A stretch of DNA of 27,648 nt from a virus (IMGVR_UViG_3300025674_000290:1-27648), one strand, 5' to 3'. Numbered from the stretch's first letter, positions 1 to 6,891 are shown. The notes: generated from the sequence alone by a model not told the origin. Translations and numbers: made by a program.

Positions 1-332
1 GCAACAGATAACTTATACTCACTACCATCTTTGCGTTTACCTCCAGCATCTACTTTAGTTTTAACAATGATACCATCTTCGTCTTCATTGATAGGTATGT
101 CACGCTGCATGATCTTCTTACCTTCGTGCTGTTGCTGTACAGCTTGTAACTCTTCTTCGTACAACGGACGTAGTGTATTCTTCAGCATCTCAGCTTGATC
201 TTTATCAACGACTAAGTCGCAGGTGAACTCGCCAAACTCTTCCTTCCACTTCTTGTTAGGATTGTTTAACCAAGGATACCTAGCTGTTCCTTTTACTTTT
301 ATTACTGGGTGTTTCTTACGTGATTTTATCAT
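1..332 (-). CDS. gp2.5: ssDNA-binding protein, T7 gp2.5-like (runs off the window edge)
   Basis: Not in the ORF track. Manual translation from ATG 332: MIKSRKKHPVIKVKGTARYPWLNNPNKKWKEEFGEFTCDLVV..., matching the gp2.5-type G-x-A-x-Y-P-x-L-x-x-P...G-x-[FY]-x-x-x-L N-terminus. Directly follows RNAP. Confidence 0.8.
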   Translation of the reverse strand, partial: MIKSRKKHPVIKVKGTARYPWLNNPNKKWKEEFGEFTCDLVVDKDQAEMLKNTLRPLYEEELQAVQQQHEGKKIMQRDIPINEDEDGIIVKTKVDAGGKRKDGSEYKLSV

Positions 333-356
333 TTCTCTTAGTGTTTTTATTTTTTA

Positions 357-2669
357 TTAAGACAGCAGGTACATTGCTCGATCTATTTGCGAGACGTCAA
401 GCGTCCCAAGTTCAGGCAGGTCAGGCAACTTTGCTGTCGGGTATTGATTCAATAACTCACATCTGAACTCTGCTAGTAAGTCAATTGAAAAGAAAGTCTT
501 GTATGTTTTTCGTACATCTTGGTGTACTTTGCGGGCGTTACAGGCGTGGCTTATAAAGCAGTCGTGAACAAACCCCATGTCGTACTCCATACGGTACGCT
601 AATCGGTGAACAACAGCTGCATCGATCCCGTGTATAAAGTTAGCAGTGATTCCTTTGCGTTGTTCCTTTGGGTCGATCTCATCTGTGTCGTCCTCCAGTT
701 CAACCGTTGTTGATATGTTACCGACTATGGTACGACACTGTAACCGTTTCGTTTTAGTCAGTCCTTGTACAACTTTGTATCCACTCGGTGTCGTCCATCT
801 GATTATCTGATTTCCTATTGCATTAGCACAACCCCGTAAGAACTGCTGAATACGGACAACACTCTCCAACTCCTCCCGTGCTACCGTGTTGAATTGTTCG
901 GCTAGGTAATTGATAGCGTCGATGTTCTCACCCTCTTGAAACGGATGGTTATCCCCAATGATACTTAAGAAGTTACTGAGTACATGATAGTACGACTGAC
1001 CGTATGGTTTATTCATCACCGCTGCTTTAGCCATAGCTCTTGTCACTCCGTACTTGAACCATTCAGATGCTATATAACTCTCACTTGACTGCTCCTTTAA
1101 CCGTTCGTACACAAGGTCAGCAATGTGCTGATACATATCTCCTACTGGTTGATCAGGTACAAGGTTACAGTGCTTGGCGTGTCGTGTATCCCGTAATAAC
1201 AAATGTAGTATCTGCATACCGTTATTACTACAGTCCATACGTACAGGAAAATGAGACACGTAACCGTATCCCTCTTTTGTAAACTGTTGATACTCAAAAC
1301 AAAACGCTAGAAATCCAAACGGTTCACTTGCTTCCATCCACCAGTCGTTAGTCATCGGGTCCTCTGCTGTCTCAAGGAACCACTTCTGATGTTTGCCCAC
1401 CCAGTGCAATCGTTCCTCAATGCTTCCCTTTACTCCCCATGCATTAGCTCCGTGGATCAACAGTCGTTCAAGGTCATCTTCATCTACTACCTGTTGACCA
1501 TCTCCGAATAACAAAAGACCACGTGCTAAGTCGTTACCCTGTGGGTGCAAATAAGCTGGCATATAATATACCCTGCCTCTGTAATCAACTCGTGCCGGAA
1601 AGTAAACATCGTCCCACTCCCTGTACTTCTTAGCTAGGTGTAATATCTTGGCGTGTTGTAGCCTTTTGCTACGGTTACTCTCATTGCGTCGTCGTATCTT
1701 GTCCTGTTTAAACTTCCACTCCCTTAATTCTTCAGGTCGTTCGTGTCCGTTCTCAAGGTACGGTTGCAAAGGTATCTCATGGAAGTCAAAGACTCTCTCT
1801 AATTCGTAACACTTTAGAGCAACATCTAAAATCTTCGTGTTAATTTTCCACTTTACCTGCTGTATATTATTCACGGACACGTAAAGATTCTTCATGCTTG
1901 CAAACTCGTAGTTACTACCATTCGGTCGGTTCATAACAAACGGATCATCAAAGCTTTCGTATCCTCCACTATAAAAGTCTACCCAGTCTCTCGGTTTTGT
2001 TGGCAACGCCATACGCATCGGGTCAAGCATCTCTTTCCATGTGTCAAACCGTCGTACCCAATCGCTGAACTTAGCAGACAACACCACGTCCTTGCGTAGC
2101 TTCTTACCAAATCGTTCGATACGGAACTCTATCAGTCCTGTGTGTGTAGCTATCTCTCCTAACAACCACGCACCAAGTGATACCTTCAGTCGTTTCTCCC
2201 AACACGTAAAACGTCGGTTATTCTTTTCAACATTATAAAAGCGTTGCATCTTTGACCGCTTACTCTTCGTTTTTTGTACGCTGAACATCTTATTCTTTGC
2301 AACCGTGTGTTCTGCTACCCGTTGTCGTGCGATCTCTTCAAATGCTTTGCCCACTTCCGCTGCCAGTCTACTAAAGTGTCGATCTTGTGAGTACATCTTA
2401 TCAAGCACAGTTTTCAACGCTATCTGTGCTACCATTTGAGGGTGGAAATCTGCTATATAACACAACCAAATCGGCATGGACGGACTGTCGTCACTGGCAA
2501 ATCGGTTAAAGAAGTCTTCAATCGGGTCGGCTAGTTGCGGTGCCAACTTACTTAACACACGCTTACTGCTGTCCAACTCACTGCCTCGCTCACTCTCCTT
2601 GTAGAACTGTTGGAACTGGCGATAGGTAGCTCGTCCCCATCGTTTCATCTCGGCTTCGATTGCGTTCAC
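357..2669 (-). CDS. gp1: Single-subunit T7-like DNA-directed RNA polymerase
   Basis: DYRGRVY, PQGND, motif A RMDCSNNGMQ, motif B RAMAKAAVMNKPYG, NFIHGID and motif C VHDCF. The ORF track starts at 2714; GTG 2669 is preferred because of its GTGA overlap with the upstream stop (770 aa). Confidence 0.97.
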   Translation of the reverse strand: MNAIEAEMKRWGRATYRQFQQFYKESERGSELDSSKRVLSKLAPQLADPIEDFFNRFASDDSPSMPIWLCYIADFHPQMVAQIALKTVLDKMYSQDRHFSRLAAEVGKAFEEIARQRVAEHTVAKNKMFSVQKTKSKRSKMQRFYNVEKNNRRFTCWEKRLKVSLGAWLLGEIATHTGLIEFRIERFGKKLRKDVVLSAKFSDWVRRFDTWKEMLDPMRMALPTKPRDWVDFYSGGYESFDDPFVMNRPNGSNYEFASMKNLYVSVNNIQQVKWKINTKILDVALKCYELERVFDFHEIPLQPYLENGHERPEELREWKFKQDKIRRRNESNRSKRLQHAKILHLAKKYREWDDVYFPARVDYRGRVYYMPAYLHPQGNDLARGLLLFGDGQQVVDEDDLERLLIHGANAWGVKGSIEERLHWVGKHQKWFLETAEDPMTNDWWMEASEPFGFLAFCFEYQQFTKEGYGYVSHFPVRMDCSNNGMQILHLLLRDTRHAKHCNLVPDQPVGDMYQHIADLVYERLKEQSSESYIASEWFKYGVTRAMAKAAVMNKPYGQSYYHVLSNFLSIIGDNHPFQEGENIDAINYLAEQFNTVAREELESVVRIQQFLRGCANAIGNQIIRWTTPSGYKVVQGLTKTKRLQCRTIVGNISTTVELEDDTDEIDPKEQRKGITANFIHGIDAAVVHRLAYRMEYDMGFVHDCFISHACNARKVHQDVRKTYKTFFSIDLLAEFRCELLNQYPTAKLPDLPELGTLDVSQIDRAMYLLS

Positions 2670-2878
2670 TTGGTCAGTCGTTCTCGTTCGTCTTCGTTCA
2701 TGAAACAAAACCAAGTTGGCGGACGAACACGAGGTCGGTCACTGCGTACAACTTTCAACTCCTTATCGTAACACAACTCATTATTACTCCAAAAAAAGTC
2801 ATACCCTTTCGTGACCAGTGCAGATATGGACTCGTCTAATTGTTCCAATACCTCCTCGTGTTCGTCCGTGTCTTCCAT
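2666..2878 (-). CDS. Early hypothetical protein, 70 aa
   Basis: ATG start, tight packing, stop overlaps the proposed RNAP start. Confidence 0.7.
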   Translation of the reverse strand: MEDTDEHEEVLEQLDESISALVTKGYDFFWSNNELCYDKELKVVRSDRPRVRPPTWFCFMNEDERERLTK

Positions 2879-2884
2879 GTTTGT

Positions 2885-3022
2885 TTAGTCTAGTGTTTGT
2901 TCGTACTGATCTATTACCCAAGCTTCGTACAAATCTTTTAGTTCTTCTCGCTCTTCGTCGGTTAATCCGTCGTCATCTTCGTAGTCAAGGAAGCTAGTTA
3001 GCCAGCTATCGTAGTCTCTCAT
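2885..3022 (-). CDS. Very acidic 45-aa early protein
   Basis: MRDYDSWLTSFLDYEDDDGLTDEEREELKDLYEAWVIDQYEQTLD. Start moved to ATG 3022, just after the upstream stop at 3027. Confidence 0.7.
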   Translation of the reverse strand: MRDYDSWLTSFLDYEDDDGLTDEEREELKDLYEAWVIDQYEQTLD

Positions 3023-3026
3023 AGTG

Positions 3027-3227
3027 TTATTTTGTTTCATCCGCAGATACGGACACGTAAAGATCATGCTTCTCGTTGTCAAGCTTGTCCTTTAATTTCT
3101 GTAGTTCTAAGTACAAAGGGAAAAACCTATTCGATGGGTCAATGCAGTCCCCTCCCATCTCATTCTGATGAATCCAAAACATTAACTCCTCTATCATTAC
3201 GCTTGGTTCTAAAGTTATCTCTTTCAT
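3027..3227 (-). CDS. Early hypothetical protein, 66 aa
   Basis: ATGAAA start with TAATG overlap to the upstream gene. Confidence 0.75.
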   Translation of the reverse strand: MKEITLEPSVMIEELMFWIHQNEMGGDCIDPSNRFFPLYLELQKLKDKLDNEKHDLYVSVSADETK

Positions 3228-3469
3228 TACAAAGCTATCCTTTTAAAGGTTGATGTATCAGTACACAGGTAACCATCATCGGTTGAGCAATAGGTGTCGT
3301 AACAAGTTACAATCCACTCTTCATCATCCTGCCAGATGTTAAAGTCAACGAACCCATCAGGTGTTTCTATTGAATCCCAGTGGTCGGTTGAAGGATCGGT
3401 TGAATTGATATGTGCTTTCGCACGGACACGTATGTTTTCTTTTATATCTTCGGTTAGGTTGAGTTTCAT
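3227..3469 (-). CDS. Early acidic hypothetical protein, 80 aa
   Basis: ATGAAA start, A-rich leader, translational coupling to the next gene. Confidence 0.75.
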   Translation of the reverse strand: MKLNLTEDIKENIRVRAKAHINSTDPSTDHWDSIETPDGFVDFNIWQDDEEWIVTCYDTYCSTDDGYLCTDTSTFKRIAL

Positions 3470-3490
3470 ATATCGGTTTTTTGATTGGTT

Positions 3491-3562
3491 TTAATCGTTG
3501 TAAATCAAGCTGATAAACAAACAGAATATAAATACTAAACAGAGTAGGGTGATCATTGACAT
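3491..3562 (-). CDS. 23-aa single-TM microprotein
   Basis: Manual translation MSMITLLCLVFIFCLFISLIYND. Fills the gap between neighbours; start overlaps the end of the upstream gene. Confidence 0.55.
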   Translation of the reverse strand: MSMITLLCLVFIFCLFISLIYND

Positions 3563-3744
3563 TGTTCGTCTTCTTTCTCTTTATCGGTTAATGGTAGGTT
3601 TAAAGATTGTCTTATGCATCCTTCTTTAATGTTGTAATTACTCGGAAAGCATAGGTCAGCTAGGCAGTCTACGCATATGTCCTCACCCTCTTTGTCAGTG
3701 CCTTGCAAGGTAAGACCGCAGTGTTTGCAAATTTGTTTAGTCAT
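3553..3744 (-). CDS. Small zinc-finger-like protein
   Basis: CKHC...CVDC (two CxxC pairs); start overlaps the upstream stop. Confidence 0.7.
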   Translation of the reverse strand: MTKQICKHCGLTLQGTDKEGEDICVDCLADLCFPSNYNIKEGCIRQSLNLPLTDKEKEDEQCQ

Positions 3745-3904
3745 CGGTTAAAACGGTACGCCCACAAAAAGGGCAAGGTGATCCGTCAATCGGACAAGAC
3801 AAGCCTTCATCGGACGGACATAAGTCAATCGGATGGTCGGTTAGCTTGTGATGATTGCAACTGGCGGTTAAGAGTAACAAGAGAAGTGATAAAAGTTTAT
3901 TCAT
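3737..3904 (-). CDS. Small Cys-rich putative lipoprotein, 55 aa
   Basis: From ATG 3904: MNKLLSLLLLLLTASC gives a basic N-region, hydrophobic core and lipobox-like Cys; four further Cys follow. Confidence 0.65.
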   Translation of the reverse strand: MNKLLSLLLLLLTASCNHHKLTDHPIDLCPSDEGLSCPIDGSPCPFCGRTVLTDD

Positions 3905-3908
3905 GTTC

Positions 3909-4163
3909 TTAGCTTTCCTCTTTTTCAAACTCTATGCCGACTAAATCAACTACATCACAAGCCAGCCCAAACTCTGGATAATGTGTAAAGTACGGCTCAC
4001 TATCTGGGTATTTATCGTCCCAAACATCTATGTTTTTATTTTGTTCCATGAATCGGTTAAACAATTCAATGTCATCATCATCTAGACCGTCAAAGTCTCC
4101 ATTAAATAACGCACACAATGCATAGGATGGGAATTGATATTCGTAAGTATTTTTAATTTTCAT
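3909..4163 (-). CDS. Acidic early phage protein (ALxNGDxxGLxD...EPYF...PxxGLA; recalled as DUF6926-like, unverified)
   Basis: ATGAAA start; recurrent phage motif pattern recognised by eye. Confidence 0.7.
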   Translation of the reverse strand: MKIKNTYEYQFPSYALCALFNGDFDGLDDDDIELFNRFMEQNKNIDVWDDKYPDSEPYFTHYPEFGLACDVVDLVGIEFEKEES

Positions 4164-4169
4164 GATGTT

Positions 4170-4388
4170 TTAAAATATGTATTCGGATTCATCTAGCTCG
4201 ATGGTTTCAGCTTGATCTAAATGATCTTTGACAAGTTGATAAATCTTCCCTTGCACTTCATCAGGTAAAATAAGCTCGAATTGTGCCTCATCATCACCGC
4301 CCCTATAGCCGTTTTCATGAGCGTTTTTATCGGTAGTAAATGAGGCAAAGATGCCCCAATCAAGTAAGTTTTTTTCGTTTATTTTCAT
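4170..4388 (-). CDS. Early acidic hypothetical protein, 72 aa
   Basis: ATGAAA start, A-rich leader, tight packing. Confidence 0.75.
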   Translation of the reverse strand: MKINEKNLLDWGIFASFTTDKNAHENGYRGGDDEAQFELILPDEVQGKIYQLVKDHLDQAETIELDESEYIF

Positions 4389-4414
4389 ATAAGTTTTTTC
4401 CTTTCGTGTTTTTA

Positions 4415-4639
4415 TTAGTTAGCATCGGTATTGAGACAACACCAGATAAGTAATAGCCATGCCCCCAGTGCCAGTATTGGGGAGGCAAGCAAGTAGATTA
4501 GGAAGGTACGCGGTTTTGTCTTTGGTAAATAGCGGTCAAGTGAATCGTCTATGCTCGCTACGCTCTGAACGCCATTATATGGCTTTTGTGCTATTGCATA
4601 TGTTTTTAATCGTTCGTCCATGGTCTTTTCGTTTTTCAT
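4415..4639 (-). CDS. Early protein with C-terminal transmembrane helix, 74 aa
   Basis: Start moved to ATG 4639 (MKNEKT), which removes the overlap and follows a leader shared with the 5060 gene. C-terminus FLIYLLASPILALGAWLLLIWCC. Confidence 0.7.
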   Translation of the reverse strand: MKNEKTMDERLKTYAIAQKPYNGVQSVASIDDSLDRYLPKTKPRTFLIYLLASPILALGAWLLLIWCCLNTDAN

Positions 4640-4682
4640 AGTAGTAATAATAGTTTTTTTTGTGAGTTGATGTTTGTAGTTA

Positions 4683-5060
4683 TTAAGAAAGTAATTCGCT
4701 TGTATGATCGCAATAGATATCTTCATCTGATTCATTGACGCAACCTAATCCAACGATTGACCAACCGTCTCTCATGTTATGCATCATTGAATAAAAGATT
4801 TCTTGCAAGTTATCTAGAACAGCGGAAAAGCTTAAGCAAGAGCCGTCGTCTGTAATAAAGAATAAACGATAAGAACCGGGAAAAGTATACTCTCCTGCAC
4901 GCAAACAAGCTTTTAGTTTATTAATTGAATCTATTTCTCTATAATGTCTTGCAACATCTTTTCGTACCAATTGCAAGTTGTCGTTTCGATAGGCATCACC
5001 CTCGAAAGTATAAAACTTTTGTGTTTTGTTGGATGGTTGGAATGATTTTAAGATTTTCAT
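4683..5060 (-). CDS. Conserved phage hypothetical protein, 125 aa
   Basis: Motifs Y-x-[FW]-PG-x-Y-x-L-F-F-I-T-x-DG, DGW and YCDH resemble a phage family of unknown function. Confidence 0.75.
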   Translation of the reverse strand: MKILKSFQPSNKTQKFYTFEGDAYRNDNLQLVRKDVARHYREIDSINKLKACLRAGEYTFPGSYRLFFITDDGSCLSFSAVLDNLQEIFYSMMHNMRDGWSIVGLGCVNESDEDIYCDHTSELLS

Positions 5061-5107
5061 GATAAGTAATAATATAGTTTTAATGTGAGTTGTTATTGGT
5101 TGTTTTG

Positions 5108-5323
5108 TTATGCTTGAAAACCGAAACCTTCCGTTGTGTAAGTTGAAAGTTTAAGGTGCTGATCTTTGTAAATACAAAAGCCCTTGCGTAAGCACTCAGT
5201 CAAAGAATCAATTTCACTTTGAATATCATCGTTCCAAGCGTCCGACGCTTTCACATCAAAGCACTTTAGAAGACGATTGATATTAGATTCGATGCAATCG
5301 TGTTGAACATGGATAGTCTTCAT
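5108..5323 (-). CDS. Early hypothetical protein, paralog of 5323-5595
   Basis: MKTIH...IES...QSEIDSLTECLRKG; TAATG coupling. Confidence 0.75.
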   Translation of the reverse strand: MKTIHVQHDCIESNINRLLKCFDVKASDAWNDDIQSEIDSLTECLRKGFCIYKDQHLKLSTYTTEGFGFQA

Positions 5324-5595
5324 TATTCGCTTTTAAGAAGGTTTAAGCCAATTTCACTATCGTTAATTTTGATAGGACGGGCGTTTGGTTCGTTTATAAA
5401 GTTTAAAGAATCCATCACATAAGTGACTCCGCAAGATTGATCATAGCCCTCACCACATCGTAAGGTTTCTTCTAAAGCATCGATTGTTTGTTGATATCGT
5501 TCGCAATCCTCGTAATCCTCACAATCATTAAGCCAATGCTCATAAAGTGCTTTTTCCGATTCTAGTGATGATTTAGTGAAGTGTATGGTTTTCAT
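5323..5595 (-). CDS. First early gene, acidic hypothetical protein
   Basis: MKTIH...LES...QQTIDALEETLRCG; first convincing ORF after the non-coding end region. Confidence 0.75.
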   Translation of the reverse strand: MKTIHFTKSSLESEKALYEHWLNDCEDYEDCERYQQTIDALEETLRCGEGYDQSCGVTYVMDSLNFINEPNARPIKINDSEIGLNLLKSE

Positions 5596-5631
5596 AAGTA
5601 ATAAGAGTTAGAATTAATAAGTAATTCAAAC

Positions 5632-5684
5632 AGCATTTACAGCATTACAAGAGCATTACGATAACAAAATTACCCATCTTGCAA
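5632..5684 (-). promoter_or_regulatory. Candidate host sigma70 early promoter with three short direct repeats
   Basis: Minus strand TTGCAA...TGtTATCGT (extended -10-like; spacing imperfect). AGCATT(T)AC occurs three times at 5632-5659. Confidence 0.35.
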
Positions 5685-5746
5685 CTTTGCTGTGTTTCTA
5701 ATGACAGCCATTAGCAAGTCTTATCAACTATCAGATCGACTAATGA

Positions 5747-5781
5747 CTTCCATATTTGGCAAGCTGCTTCCATATTTGGAA
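5747..5781. repeat. Tandem 13-bp direct repeat of a near-palindrome (operator-like)
   Basis: CTTCCATATTTGG at 5747-5759 and 5767-5779; the second copy forms TTCCA-TATT-TGGAA. Confidence 0.7.
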
Positions 5782-5946
5782 AAGAGGTGACGCGCTAAAA
5801 CGATAAATCCAAATGCAAATTAGTTGCACTTAGCGAACGATTCAATCGGCAACCCTTGACGCAATTCGACTGGCTGATCTTGCGATTTGCGAACGATAGG
5901 CTAAAAGTAAACAATACTCTTAAAAAGTTAAAAGTAGAGTGCTTAC

Positions 5947-5974
5947 AATTCGCACAATATGTATTATGTCTAAT
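5947..5974 (+). other. XerCD dif-like recombination site
   Basis: AATTCGCACAA-TATGTA-TTATGTCTAAT versus E. coli dif GGTGCGCATAA-TGTATA-TTATGTTAAAT: 11-6-11 layout with 7/11 and 9/11 arm identity; intergenic. Confidence 0.7.
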
Positions 5975-6094
5975 TCTTAAATTACATAACAAGAAGATAA
6001 TCAGGTGTTTAGCGTTACCTATTAGCCTGGCTTACCTATCGATTTAGTAAAACTTATTACAAACACCACCCCTGCCAGTAGATAAACCGCAGGC

Positions 6095-6148
6095 ACGCGC
6101 GGGGGTAATTAATGCGCGCGTATATAGCGTAAGCCGCTCAGATTTTTT
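6095..6148 (-). other. Predicted start of the direct terminal repeat / genome-end signal
   Basis: Minus strand AAAAAATCTGAG-N31-CCCCC, the same layout I recall around the start of the T7 terminal repeat. Lies between the last late and first early gene. ACGCGCG/CGCGCGT inverted repeat at 6095-6121. Confidence 0.55.
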
Positions 6149-6159
6149 CGTCAAATTTC

Positions 6160-6372
6160 TTAAAAAGAGGGGCTGATAAAGTCCTCTAAGTCGTCGTCTT
6201 CGTCTATATCTTCTGGGCTAAAAATGATCTCAGCGTCAGTTAAAACAGTCAGTTTAGCGAACTCTAACGCACCTACGATCGTCTGATCGTTAAGGTCGAA
6301 CTCCTGCTGGTATCGTCGTATTAAGTTGTCTAGGTCGAACATAAAGGAGTCCGTTTGATCGTTGTTGTTCAT
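6160..6372 (-). CDS. Acidic hypothetical protein, last late gene, 70 aa
   Basis: ATG start, plausible helical protein with acidic tail, same orientation as all other genes. Confidence 0.7.
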   Translation of the reverse strand: MNNNDQTDSFMFDLDNLIRRYQQEFDLNDQTIVGALEFAKLTVLTDAEIIFSPEDIDEDDDLEDFISPSF

Positions 6373-6465
6373 AATACTTTACACTATATAACAAATACGT
6401 TAGGTAGTAAAGACTGTTGCTTTAATTTAGGTGTGTCATTTTGTACCGTATTTTTATTCATTCAT

Positions 6466-6842
6466 TAACAACGACTTATAACTCTAGGCTTGACATACAT
6501 CCCGTATGGGTTCTATAAAGGTATAATGCCACCGTGGCAACTGGAGGTACAGCTATAACTGTCCTTTAAAACGATAACATCAATAAGTAATAGCTTCTTT
6601 ATTGACGAAACGACTACAACAACGGACACTTTAAAACGTCGTCGTTATAAACTGATAAATTAAAACGTTAAATATAAAGAGACCTTAAAAACGACAACTA
6701 CGGTCTCTTCTAACTTTTAACAACAGATTTATCGTCGTCTTCTTTCTAACGGTTTTAAGGATAGGTGTGTTTATAAATAAACCTATAACTAACAACGATA
6801 ACATATAACTGTATTTAAACTAACTACTTCATCACAGTTATA
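6466..6842. repeat. AT-rich non-coding region with short repeats and palindromes (candidate origin or packaging region)
   Basis: TATAACT at 6477, 6554, 6784, 6804 and inverted at 6836; AACGATAACAT at 6570 and 6794; 26-bp near-palindrome at 6761-6786. Confidence 0.55.
6490..6519 (+). promoter_or_regulatory. Sigma70-type promoter on the antisense strand
   Basis: TTGACA (6490-6495)-N18-TATAAA (6514-6519); a further TATAAT at 6522-6527. Confidence 0.55.
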
Positions 6843-6891
6843 ACAGAAGTTAATTACAGTAAGTAAGAGTTTGTTATCTAAGTAATACTTG

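Noticed and set aside
5795-6047. ORFs 5795-5992 (-) and 5856-6047 (+) covering the dif-like site
   Set aside because: Short, mutually overlapping, with weak starts and no motifs; the region looks non-coding.
6722-6728. T7 concatemer-junction pause motif ATCTGTT on the minus strand
   Set aside because: A 7-mer expected by chance (it also occurs at 3-9) and on the opposite side of the predicted terminal repeat from its T7 position.
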